DNA from: an uncultured Ruminococcus sp.
GTDB lineage: Bacteria; Bacillota; Clostridia; Oscillospirales; CAG-272
NCBI GenBank assembly: GCA_902779285.1
Contig: CACZAZ010000006.1
Coordinates: forward strand, 7,705-71,704
Direction of reading: 5' to 3'
Length of the DNA stretch: 64,000 bases
Numbering within the stretch: the first letter of the stretch is position 1; each line of letters opens with the position of its first letter. Below the pieces are notes generated by a model. It was not told the DNA's origin, made no database searches, and saw nothing but the letters and a program-made list of their open reading frames with translations. Positions 34,462 through 42,424 of this stretch are shown piece by piece. The translations under genes were made by a program, and so were the position numbers.

Positions 34462-36162
34462 TCACTTGTCGAGTTTCGCTTTCAGCACATCGCTCTGTTC
34501 TTCGACGAACGCGGCGATCCCTTTCACGGTTTCGGGATCGAGCGGATTCGGGAGCCCCGCGCGTTCGAGCGTCTCGAAATAGCCGTACTTCCCGCCCATT
34601 CCGCAGAGCGCGAGGTAGTCGCCCCAGGCGTCGCCGCCCGCGACCTGCTTGCGATAGAGGGCGAAGGCGTCGAGCTGCGCCATCGCGTAGTCGATATAGT
34701 AGAAGGGATAGAGGAAGATATGCTGTTTCTGCATCCAGAAGCCGCCGCCCTCAAGGAAGGCGTTGCCGTCGTAGTTGCGCCAGGGCATATACTTCCGTTC
34801 GATCTCGCGCCAGAACGTCCGGCGTTCGGCGGCGGTCGCGGCGGGGTTCTCGAACACCCGGTGCTGGAACTCGTCGACCGAGACGAGGTAAGGGACGGTT
34901 TTCAGGGCGTCGGTAAAGTGGGCGTAGCGATAGCGGTCCGCCATCTCGCCGCAGAACAGTTCCATCCACGGATAGGCGAAGAACTCCATCGTCATCGAGT
35001 GGATCTCGTTGATCTCGCTGGTCGATCCGGTCTGCTGCACGAGCGGCAGACGGCGCGAAGCGTAATAGCCCTCGAAGGCGTGTCCCGCCTCGTGAGTCAG
35101 CACGCCGATATCTTCCGACGTCCCGTTGAAATTGGAGAAAATGAAGGGCGCCTTGTAGTCGGCAAGGAGGGTCATATACCCGCCGAGGTGCTTGTTCTCG
35201 CGCGTGACGAGGTCGAGCAGTTCGTGTTCGGTCATAAAGTTGAAGAACTCGCCGGTCTCGGGGGACATTTCCCCGTACATCCGACGCGCCTTCTCGGTCA
35301 GTTCCTCCGGCGTTCCGATCGGTTTCGCGTTGCCGTCGGCAAAGCAGAGCGCCTCGTCGTACCATTCGAGCCGCTCGAGCCCGAGCCGCTCCGCCTGCTC
35401 GCGGTAGAGTTTGTCGCAGAGGGGGGTGATATAGGTCCGCACCGCCTCGCGGAAGGCGGCGACCCGCGCGGCGTCGTAGTCGTAACGCCCTCTCTCCGGG
35501 TAGATATAGCCGATATAACTCGCAAACCCCAGCCGTTTCGCGATCTTGCAGCGGAGTTTCACCAGTTTGTCGTACTGCTCGTCCAGTTTGTCCGAGATTC
35601 CCTCGTAGAGTTTCGCCCACTCTTCAAAAGCCGCCTTCCGCTCGGCGCGGTCGGTCGACTGCATATGCCGGAGCAGACCGTAGAAATTGCACTTCTCGCC
35701 CATGAACTCGACCGAACAGGTCGCCGCCGTCTTCGAGTACGCCGTTTTGAGCGTCTCCTCGCGGATCGAGGGCAGAATGATCGACGGCTTCACGAGTTTC
35801 ATCTGAACCTCGAAATCCTTGAAAAGATGCTCGCCGTACTTTTCCTCGAACGAGGGGCGGAAGGGGCTTGCCAAAACCGCCTTCATCGCTTTTTTCATCG
35901 TCAGCATCAGTTTCGCGCTCTCGCGGTTGAAAAACTTGATTTCCCCGTCGTAGAACTCGTCCTTCATATTCATCGTGTTGCGGACGCTGGCGATCGTATA
36001 CTGCGTTTCAAACCCTTCGACGAGTTTTTCAAAGCCGCGAAACGCCGCGTCGGCGGCGTCAAAATCCTTTGCCGCCTTCAGGTTGCCGATCTCTTTCGCA
36101 AGACTCTTTTTCAGCGCCGGAACGTCGGGTCTCTGATACGGAAGATCCTTGAACTTTTCCAT
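34462..36162 (-). CDS. M3 family oligoendopeptidase (PepF-like)
   Basis: HEAGHAFE zinc motif. About 566 aa. ATG at 36162 is preceded by GGAGG at 8 nt (the tracked start at 36177 is also possible). Confidence 0.88.
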   Translation of the reverse strand: MEKFKDLPYQRPDVPALKKSLAKEIGNLKAAKDFDAADAAFRGFEKLVEGFETQYTIASVRNTMNMKDEFYDGEIKFFNRESAKLMLTMKKAMKAVLASPFRPSFEEKYGEHLFKDFEVQMKLVKPSIILPSIREETLKTAYSKTAATCSVEFMGEKCNFYGLLRHMQSTDRAERKAAFEEWAKLYEGISDKLDEQYDKLVKLRCKIAKRLGFASYIGYIYPERGRYDYDAARVAAFREAVRTYITPLCDKLYREQAERLGLERLEWYDEALCFADGNAKPIGTPEELTEKARRMYGEMSPETGEFFNFMTEHELLDLVTRENKHLGGYMTLLADYKAPFIFSNFNGTSEDIGVLTHEAGHAFEGYYASRRLPLVQQTGSTSEINEIHSMTMEFFAYPWMELFCGEMADRYRYAHFTDALKTVPYLVSVDEFQHRVFENPAATAAERRTFWREIERKYMPWRNYDGNAFLEGGGFWMQKQHIFLYPFYYIDYAMAQLDAFALYRKQVAGGDAWGDYLALCGMGGKYGYFETLERAGLPNPLDPETVKGIAAFVEEQSDVLKAKLDK

Positions 36163-36193
36163 TGTCTCTGCCTCCATCGTTCGTTTTTCCTTT

Positions 36194-36222
36194 ATTATAT
36201 CACATCAAGCGGAGATTGCCAA
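36194..36222 (-). promoter_or_regulatory. sigma-A type promoter of the M3 peptidase gene
   Basis: On the minus strand: TTGGCA (36222-36217), 17-nt spacer, TATAAT (36199-36194). Confidence 0.65.
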
Positions 36223-36262
36223 CCCCCCGACGAAAAAAGCGTCGGCGGGGAACGAAGCGCGA

Positions 36263-36378
36263 GTTATGAGACCCCCGTCGGGGTCGTTATGGTTTTGCCT
36301 TCCGTTTTTCGGACGGCAAAAGTTATGAGTTTGGCTTACGCCAAACGTTATGAATTCGGCTGTCGCCGAATGTTATAT
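36263..36378 (+). repeat. Array C: five copies of GTTATG(A/G)(G/A), each separated by a different hairpin
   Basis: Words at 36263, 36286, 36322, 36347 and 36372 (degenerate GTTATAT). Hairpins: ACCCC-cgtc-GGGGT; TTTTGCCTTCCG-ttttt-CGGACGGCAAAA; TTTGGC-ttac-GCCAAA; TTCGGC-tgtc-GCCGAA. Confidence 0.9.
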
Positions 36379-36416
36379 ATTCGATACTGCAAACTAATTA
36401 TGGTTAAAAACAAAAA

Positions 36417-36442
36417 GGCGGCGGGGAGAAATCCCCGCCGCC
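36417..36442 (-). terminator. rho-independent terminator of the four-helix-bundle gene
   Basis: GGCGGCGGGGA, loop gaaa, TCCCCGCCGCC. The T-run on the minus strand is the A-rich run at 36405-36416. Confidence 0.8.
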
Positions 36443-36457
36443 TTGACGATTAAAGGT

Positions 36458-36814
36458 TTACAAGGTGTTCGTTTTAAGAGTTTTTACCGACGATACCAAC
36501 ATTCTGCGCAGCTCGATACAACTCTTTTGAAACTCGTCAAAGACCTCTTCTTTGATGCAATCGGTTTCTTTCAACAATTCGAGCCAATACTCGCTCTCAT
36601 TGCATTCTTTCAGCGCAATTTCAAGCTTTGAAACAAAGTCTTTCGTTCCCTGCGCATATTGCGCTTCGTGAAGGTTTGCGCCAACAGAGGTACCGGCGCG
36701 AAGCAACTGATTGAGCAGGACGGATTCGACCCGTTCCTCTTTAAGTTTTCGACAAAGAAAGACAATGCTTTTGGCAAAGTCTTTGGATTTGACTCGCAAA
36801 ACGCTATCGTTCAT
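36458..36814 (-). CDS. four-helix-bundle protein (23S rRNA intervening-sequence protein / Avd-like family)
   Basis: Family-typical motifs LLRAGTSVGANLHEAQYAQGTKDFVSKLEIALKECNESEYWLELL. Visibly lower GC than all neighbouring genes. Confidence 0.85.
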   Translation of the reverse strand: MNDSVLRVKSKDFAKSIVFLCRKLKEERVESVLLNQLLRAGTSVGANLHEAQYAQGTKDFVSKLEIALKECNESEYWLELLKETDCIKEEVFDEFQKSCIELRRMLVSSVKTLKTNTL

Positions 36815-36838
36815 TGTCCCCTCAAAACCAAGTTTTCA

Positions 36839-36984
36839 GTTATGAGTCCTGCTTGCGCCGAACGTTATGATATGATCGCCGGTTACTTCCAACGTGCCGT
36901 CAGGCACTCATAACTGCGCGCAGCGCATCATAACTCTAAACTCGCCGTCAGGCGATCATAACTGCAAAACGCGCTGCGTTTTGC
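36839..36984. repeat. Array D: GTTATGA x2 on plus, then TCATAAC x3 (the inverted word) alternating with different hairpins
   Basis: GTTATGA at 36839 and 36864. TCATAAC at 36908, 36928 and 36956. Hairpins: GTGCC-gtca-GGCAC; TGCGC-gca-GCGCA; TCGCC-gtca-GGCGA; GCAAAACGC-gct-GCGTTTTGC, which abuts the guaA stop. Confidence 0.9.
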
Positions 36985-37965
36985 TTACTCCCACTCGATC
37001 GTGGCGACGGGTTTCGGGGACAGGTCGTACAGGACGCGGTTGACGCCCTTGACCTCCGCGAGGATCCGGTCGACGATGTGCTTGAGTAGCGGATAGGGGA
37101 TCTCCTCGATCGTGGCGCTGGTGGCGTCGACCGAGTTCACCGCACGGATGATGACCGGCCAAGCCCAGGTGCGCTTGTTGTCCACGATACCGGTGGAGCG
37201 GTAGTCGGGAACGGTGGTGAAGTACTGCCACACCTTGCCGGCGAGCCCGTTCTTCTCGAACTCCTCGCGGAGGATGGCGTCGGATTCGCGCACCGCTTCG
37301 AGACGGTCGCGGGTGATGGCGCCGGTGCAGCGCACGCCGAGTCCGGGACCCGGGAACGGCTGACGGTTGACCATCCCGTCGGGAAGACCGAGTTCACGGC
37401 CGACGCAGCGGACCTCGTCCTTGTAGAGGAACTTGACCGGCTCGACCAACTCGAACTGCAGATCGTCGGGAAGACCGCCGACGTTGTGGTGCGCCTTCAC
37501 GCCGACGCTCTCGAGGATGTCGGGGTAGATGGTGCCTTGTCCCAGAAACTTGATCCCCTCCTGCTTTCTCGCCTCTTCCTCGAAGACGCGGATGAACTCG
37601 GCGCCGATGATCTTGCGCTTCTGTTCGGGATCGCTGACGCCCGCCAGCTTATCGAGGAAGCGGTCGACGGCGTCGACGTAGACGAGGTTGGCGTTCAGCT
37701 GATCGCGGAAAACGCGGATCACCTGTTCGGGCTCTCCCTTGCGGAGCAGACCGTGGTTGACGTGGACGCAGACCAGGTTCTTGCCGATCGCACGGATCAG
37801 AAGCGCGGCGCAGACCGAAGAATCGACGCCGCCCGACAGAGCGAGCAGGCACTTGCCGTCCCCGATCTGTTTTTTGAGCGCGGCGACCTGTTCGTCAATG
37901 AACGCTTTGGCGAGTTCGGGGGTGTTGATCCGTTTCATGCTTTCGGGGCGGACGTTGTTTTGCAT
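36985..37965 (-). CDS. guaA: GMP synthase ATP-pyrophosphatase unit only (no glutamine amidotransferase domain)
   Basis: The ATG at 37965 has a GGAGGA RBS. SGGVDSSV PP-loop and C-terminal dimerisation domain ending IEWE. 326 aa. The 220 upstream codons of the tracked ORF are antisense to 38158-38721 and do not resemble a GATase. Confidence 0.88.
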   Translation of the reverse strand: MQNNVRPESMKRINTPELAKAFIDEQVAALKKQIGDGKCLLALSGGVDSSVCAALLIRAIGKNLVCVHVNHGLLRKGEPEQVIRVFRDQLNANLVYVDAVDRFLDKLAGVSDPEQKRKIIGAEFIRVFEEEARKQEGIKFLGQGTIYPDILESVGVKAHHNVGGLPDDLQFELVEPVKFLYKDEVRCVGRELGLPDGMVNRQPFPGPGLGVRCTGAITRDRLEAVRESDAILREEFEKNGLAGKVWQYFTTVPDYRSTGIVDNKRTWAWPVIIRAVNSVDATSATIEEIPYPLLKHIVDRILAEVKGVNRVLYDLSPKPVATIEWE

Positions 37966-38079
37966 TGGTTTGATCCTCCGGTATTTTTTTGATCTCGGGG
38001 CGGAACGGGACGCCGACGGAACCCGAGCGGTTTCCGCCGCATATCCTTGTTTCGGGAGCCCCGGAAAAAATATGAACTT

Positions 38080-38108
38080 ATTATACATTAAATCATAGTC
38101 AAATGCAA
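38080..38108 (-). promoter_or_regulatory. sigma-A consensus promoter of guaA, followed by a leader of about 105 nt
   Basis: On the minus strand: TTGCAT (38108-38103), 17-nt spacer, TATAAT (38085-38080). Confidence 0.7.
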
Positions 38109-38157
38109 GGGGTTGCGCCGAGATTTTACAAAGTTTTTCGACAGGAGGAAGGAACAG

Positions 38158-38721
38158 ATGTTCGTTGTCCGTCCCTACCGCCGGGAGCACGCGGTAAGAT
38201 ACGCCGAGCGCTGGGCGAAGATGCGGAATCCGGTCTTTTACGATTTTACCGGGATCGGGGGAAACTGCACCAATTTCGTGTCGCAGGCGCTCTACGCGGG
38301 GTCCTGCCAAATGAACTTCACGCCGGTCTTCGGCTGGTACTACGTCACCCAGAACGAGCGGACCGCGTCGTGGACGGGGGTGGATTTTTTCTACCGGTTC
38401 CTGACCGAAAACCGGGGGCTCGGTCCCTTCGGGGAGGAGGTCGGGGAGAATCGGCTTGAACCCGGGGACGTTCTGCAGATCGGGCGGGACGGCGAGGGGT
38501 ACTTCCACTCGATGCTCTTCGTCGGACGCGATCAGGACGGCACGCCCCTGGTCGCGGCGCAGTCGCTCGACGTCTACGGCAAGCGGCTCGACGAATACGA
38601 CTACGATTTCGTCCGGTTCCTCCACGTCTCGGGCGTGCGGGGGATCGCGGAGGGCGGGGACGGCTGCTTCGACTCGGTTTACAACGGGATCTCGATCCAG
38701 CCCTCGCCCGACGTCACATAG
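38158..38721 (+). CDS. putative amidase-domain protein (Amidase_6/CHAP-like Cys peptidase fold)
   Basis: The ATG at 38158 has an AGGAGGAAGG RBS. GGNCTNFVSQALYAG catalytic-Cys motif and a downstream YFHSMLFVG His motif. Confidence 0.7.
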   Translation: MFVVRPYRREHAVRYAERWAKMRNPVFYDFTGIGGNCTNFVSQALYAGSCQMNFTPVFGWYYVTQNERTASWTGVDFFYRFLTENRGLGPFGEEVGENRLEPGDVLQIGRDGEGYFHSMLFVGRDQDGTPLVAAQSLDVYGKRLDEYDYDFVRFLHVSGVRGIAEGGDGCFDSVYNGISIQPSPDVT

Positions 38722-40630
38722 TCAGTTCGTAAAGGGCGAGCAACTCCTCCTCGAGCGCGGCTTTCTTCTCCTCGATCTCGCTCGCCCGGACGTAGTCTTG
38801 AGCGGCGGTCGTGTAGAGTTCGGTTTCAAGGTCGGCAAGTTCTTTTTCGATCTCGGGGATCCGCTTCTCCGCCCTCTCTTTTTTCTTCGCCTGCGATCTC
38901 GCTTCGGCGGCGGCGCGGCGGTTGGCTTCGAAGATCTCTTTCTGCCGGCTGACCGGAGCGGGGGTCGGGTCGGTCCCGGCGTCCTCCTTCCCCGCTTCGC
39001 GCAGCCGCAGATATTCCTTATACGCCGATTCCGCGTCCGCGACCGGGTATTCGGAGATCCCGCCGGCGGCGGCGCGGTCGATCTCGACGATCCGGGTGGC
39101 GACCCGGTCGATAAAGTAGCGGTCGTGCGACACGGCGATCACCGTCCCGTCAAACGCCGCCACAGCGGTTTCGAGCGCCTCGCGGGACCCGATATCGAGG
39201 TGGTTGGTCGGCTCGTCGAGGATCAGGAGCCCGACCGGTTTCAGCATCAGTTTGGCGAGCGTGAGCCGCGCCCGTTCGCCCCCCGAGAGATTCGCGACCG
39301 ATTTGAACACGTCCTCCCCCGAAAAAAGGAAGAGCGCGAGGGTGGAACGGATCTCGCCGTCGGTCTTTTGGGGATAGGCGGCGCGCAGTTCGTCAAAGAC
39401 GGTGTTGGTATCCGTGAGGTCGCGGTTCTCCTGGTCGTAGAAGCCGTAGGTGACCCTCTCCCCGAAGGTGATCCTGCCGCTTTTCGGGACAAGACCCCCC
39501 CGGATCAGTTTTAAAAGCGTGGACTTCCCGCATCCGTTGTCCCCGAGGATCAGCACCCGCTCCCCGCGCTTGACCGAAAAGGAGAGGTTCGTGAGCAGGG
39601 GCGTGCCGGTATAGGAAAAGGACAAGCCCTTGACCGAAAGAACGTCGTTTGCGATCCCGCCGTCGGACGAGAACGCCATCCGGACGTCCCGCCCCGCCTT
39701 CGGAGCGCGTTCGATCTTCTCCATCCGTTCGAGCTGTTTTTCCTTGGCGCGGATGGTGACGAAGTTGTGCTCCTGTCCGCACCGCCTCTGAAAGTCGATG
39801 TTGGCGCGGATCCGGGCGATCTCCTTCTGCTGTTCGCGGTAGCGGTGTTCGAGCGACTCGGCGTCCTTTGCCTGCTGCTCCTTCGCCTGCGTGTAGCCCC
39901 CGTGGTAGAGGGTCGCGCGGCGGTGGTCGACCAGCAGCGTTCTCGTCGTGGTGCGGTCGAGAAAATAGCGGTCGTGGGAGATCACCATCACCGTTTTCGG
40001 ATAATTCGACAGGAACTCCTCGAGCCAGGTCAGGGCAGAGATATCAAGGTGGTTGGTCGGCTCGTCGAGCAGAAGCACGTCGGGCTCCTGCGCGAGCAGG
40101 CGGGCGAGCGCGATCCGGGTGTGCTGTCCCCCGGAGAGGGTCGGCACCTTCGCCGCGATCTGCTCCTCCGAAAACCCGAGCCGCAAAAGCGTGCTGCGGC
40201 AGCGGGCGCGGTACTCCAGACCGCCCTCGGACGCGTATTTCCCGTGCAGGCGTTCGAGCCGCGCGCCCGCCGAAACAGCCGCCGCGGGATCGAGTTTTCC
40301 GATCTCGGATTCGATCTGCGCGATCTCGTTCTCCATCTCGATCAGGTGCGGGAATCCGGCGATCATATAGTCGAGGACCGTCACCTCCCCGAGCGGGGAA
40401 AGATCGGTGTTCTGGGCGAGCATCCCGATCGTTCTGCCGCGCAGCAGCGTGACGCTCCCCCGGTCGGGGACGTATTCCCCGGTGAGTATACGGAAAAGAG
40501 AGGTCTTACCGGCGCCGTTGACGCCGATGACCCCCACGTGTTCACCTTCGTTGATCCCGAACGTGACGTTCTCTAAAATCGGCGTCGCGCCGAAGGAGAG
40601 CGTCAGTCCCGAAACGCTGAGTACCGTCAT
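38714..40630 (-). CDS. ABC-F family ATPase (two ABC domains, C-terminal coiled coil)
   Basis: Walker A GVNGAGKTS and GDNGCGKST. Signatures LSGGQHTR and LSGGERAR. No TM domain. Lys/Glu-rich tail. The ATG at 40630 overlaps the rluD stop (ATGA). Confidence 0.9.
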   Translation of the reverse strand: MTVLSVSGLTLSFGATPILENVTFGINEGEHVGVIGVNGAGKTSLFRILTGEYVPDRGSVTLLRGRTIGMLAQNTDLSPLGEVTVLDYMIAGFPHLIEMENEIAQIESEIGKLDPAAAVSAGARLERLHGKYASEGGLEYRARCRSTLLRLGFSEEQIAAKVPTLSGGQHTRIALARLLAQEPDVLLLDEPTNHLDISALTWLEEFLSNYPKTVMVISHDRYFLDRTTTRTLLVDHRRATLYHGGYTQAKEQQAKDAESLEHRYREQQKEIARIRANIDFQRRCGQEHNFVTIRAKEKQLERMEKIERAPKAGRDVRMAFSSDGGIANDVLSVKGLSFSYTGTPLLTNLSFSVKRGERVLILGDNGCGKSTLLKLIRGGLVPKSGRITFGERVTYGFYDQENRDLTDTNTVFDELRAAYPQKTDGEIRSTLALFLFSGEDVFKSVANLSGGERARLTLAKLMLKPVGLLILDEPTNHLDIGSREALETAVAAFDGTVIAVSHDRYFIDRVATRIVEIDRAAAGGISEYPVADAESAYKEYLRLREAGKEDAGTDPTPAPVSRQKEIFEANRRAAAEARSQAKKKERAEKRIPEIEKELADLETELYTTAAQDYVRASEIEEKKAALEEELLALYELTM

Positions 40631-41601
40631 AGTATCCCCCCGCCGTCGGTCTCCCCGCCCCTCTCCCGGCGAAGGACGCCGAGAAGCGCCTCGAAATCTG
40701 GCGGGAGCGGGCAGGTAAAGGTCATCTCCTCCCCCGTCCGGGGGTGGGTAAAAGTCAGACGGGCGGCGTGCAGACATTGCCCGTCGAGCAGTTTTTCGTG
40801 TTTGCGCTCGAACGCGGTCCTGCCGCCGCCGTAGACGGTATCTCCGAGCAGCGGATGCCCGATCGACGACAGATGCACGCGGATCTGGTGCGTCCGCCCG
40901 GTCTCGAGCCGCAAAACCAGATAGGTCACGTCCCCGAAGCGTTCCTTGACGGTATAGTGCGTGACGGCGGGACGCGACGTATGCCCGTCCCGGATCACCG
41001 CCATCTTTTTGCGGTCAACGGGATTCCGCCCGATGGGAAGATCGATCGTCCCCGTATCGTTTGCAAAGCCGCCCTGCACCAGCGCGTGGTATTCGCGGGT
41101 GATGCGGTGTCCCTCCAGTTGCGCCGCCAGTTTGCGGTGGGTCTCGTCGTTTTTCGCCGCGACGAGCAGCCCGCTGGTCTGCTTGTCGATCCGGTGGACG
41201 ATCCCGGGACGGAGCGCCCCGTTGATGCCCGACAATTCGCCCCGGCAATGGTAGAGCAGGGCGTTCACAAGCGTCCCCGACGGGTTGCCCGGCGCGGGGT
41301 GGACCACCATCCCCGACGGTTTGTTGATCACGATCAGGTCGCGATCTTCGTAGACGATATCGAGGGGGATATCCTCGGGCAGAGCGTCGACGGGCTCGGG
41401 ATCGGGCAGGGTGATCTCGATCAGATCCCCCGGCGCCAGCCGGTCGTTTTTGTCGGCGGGTCTCCCGTTCAGGGTGACGTTTCCCTCCGCGATCAGTTTC
41501 GCCGCGGCGGAACGGGAGATCGCGGGGAGTCCTTCGTCCCCCCGCGCAAGATACGCGTCCAGCCGCATCCCCGAAGCGCCGTCCTCCGCGCGGCGGATCA
41601 T
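40627..41601 (-). CDS. rluD: RluA-family 23S rRNA pseudouridine synthase (RluD-like)
   Basis: S4 domain plus HRLDKQTSGLLVAAK and the RTHQIRVH catalytic region. Confidence 0.9.
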   Translation of the reverse strand: MIRRAEDGASGMRLDAYLARGDEGLPAISRSAAAKLIAEGNVTLNGRPADKNDRLAPGDLIEITLPDPEPVDALPEDIPLDIVYEDRDLIVINKPSGMVVHPAPGNPSGTLVNALLYHCRGELSGINGALRPGIVHRIDKQTSGLLVAAKNDETHRKLAAQLEGHRITREYHALVQGGFANDTGTIDLPIGRNPVDRKKMAVIRDGHTSRPAVTHYTVKERFGDVTYLVLRLETGRTHQIRVHLSSIGHPLLGDTVYGGGRTAFERKHEKLLDGQCLHAARLTFTHPRTGEEMTFTCPLPPDFEALLGVLRRERGGETDGGGIL

Positions 41602-42116
41602 TTTTCGTCCTCCCCGCCGTCGACTTCCCCGGTCTGCTTCGCTTTTTTCTTTTCACGCACCGTGTCGACGATCAGCCAGACGATCAGCAGCCCCGATCCG
41701 ATCACGACGAGGCAATCCGCCACGTTGAAGACCGGGAACTCGAAAAGATAGAACTCGATGAAATCGACGACTGCCCCCCGGAAGGTGCGGTCGATCATAT
41801 TCCCGATCCCGCCCGACAGGATGAGCGAGAGCGATACGCAGAGCAGGATCGGCGGATCGCGCCGGATCAGGTAGACCGCGATGGCGGCGATCGCCAGGAC
41901 CGAGAAGACCATGAACACCCAGCGGTGGTTTGCGAGCATCCCCCAGGCGGCGCCGGGATTCTCCACGTAGGAAAAGCGGAGGATCCCCCGGATGAGCGGG
42001 ACCGGATCCTCCCCTTTCAATCGGGAAACGGCGATCAGTTTCGTGAAATAATCGGCAAGGACGCCGAGTACGACGGCGCCGAGCGAAAGCAGGCGCTTGG
42101 ACCATTTTGACTTCAT
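41598..42116 (-). CDS. lspA: lipoprotein signal peptidase II
   Basis: ATG at 42116. NPGAAWG, GGIGNMIDR and FNVAD motifs. Confidence 0.92.
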   Translation of the reverse strand: MKSKWSKRLLSLGAVVLGVLADYFTKLIAVSRLKGEDPVPLIRGILRFSYVENPGAAWGMLANHRWVFMVFSVLAIAAIAVYLIRRDPPILLCVSLSLILSGGIGNMIDRTFRGAVVDFIEFYLFEFPVFNVADCLVVIGSGLLIVWLIVDTVREKKKAKQTGEVDGGEDEK

Positions 42117-42147
42117 ACGGCGCCAAACCCCCTCTCTGTTTTGTCTT

Positions 42148-42423
42148 TTAAGTAACCGCCGGCAAAAGTCCGCCGACGAGCGCAAGCACAACGTAGGTCA
42201 GAAGGAACGGGATGTCGAGCGGGAGCGTATCCAGCGACTCGAAGCGGGAGAGCATCACCCGGAACGGCATGATGACCGGCTCGGTCACGGCGTAGCAGAA
42301 CGACAGAAGAACGCTCTCGGGATCTCCGAAAAACGAGAGGATCGCCCGCAGCAGCATACAAAGTTCGATCGCCCCGAGCGCGACGAGCACCGTCCGGGCG
42401 AACAGGATCGCGACGGTATGCAT
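42148..42423 (-). CDS. YggT family membrane protein
   Basis: 91 aa, starting at ATG 42423, 1 nt after the sepF stop. LRAILSFF...EPVIMPFR motif. Conserved position after sepF. Confidence 0.8.
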   Translation of the reverse strand: MHTVAILFARTVLVALGAIELCMLLRAILSFFGDPESVLLSFCYAVTEPVIMPFRVMLSRFESLDTLPLDIPFLLTYVVLALVGGLLPAVT

Positions 42424-42424
42424 C

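Noticed and set aside
37966-38079. Purine or ykkC-class riboswitch assignment for the guaA leader.
   Set aside because: The purine-aptamer core (UAUAAU...CCGUAAAU...GACUAUG-type junctions) is absent. Only the GGGUUCCG...CCGAGA half of a ykkC-like core is present, without the ACACGG...GGGA...CCCGGGAGA half. I therefore kept it only as an unclassified structured leader in the findings.
37966-38625. N-terminal 220-codon extension of the guaA ORF (tracked as 36985-38625, 546 aa). This could have been the missing amidotransferase domain.
   Set aside because: The translation has no GATase motifs (no G-x-C-x-G nucleophile elbow and no HE dyad). It is antisense to the well-supported amidase-domain gene 38158-38721 and crosses a consensus promoter. 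The ATG at 37965 has a GGAGGA RBS.
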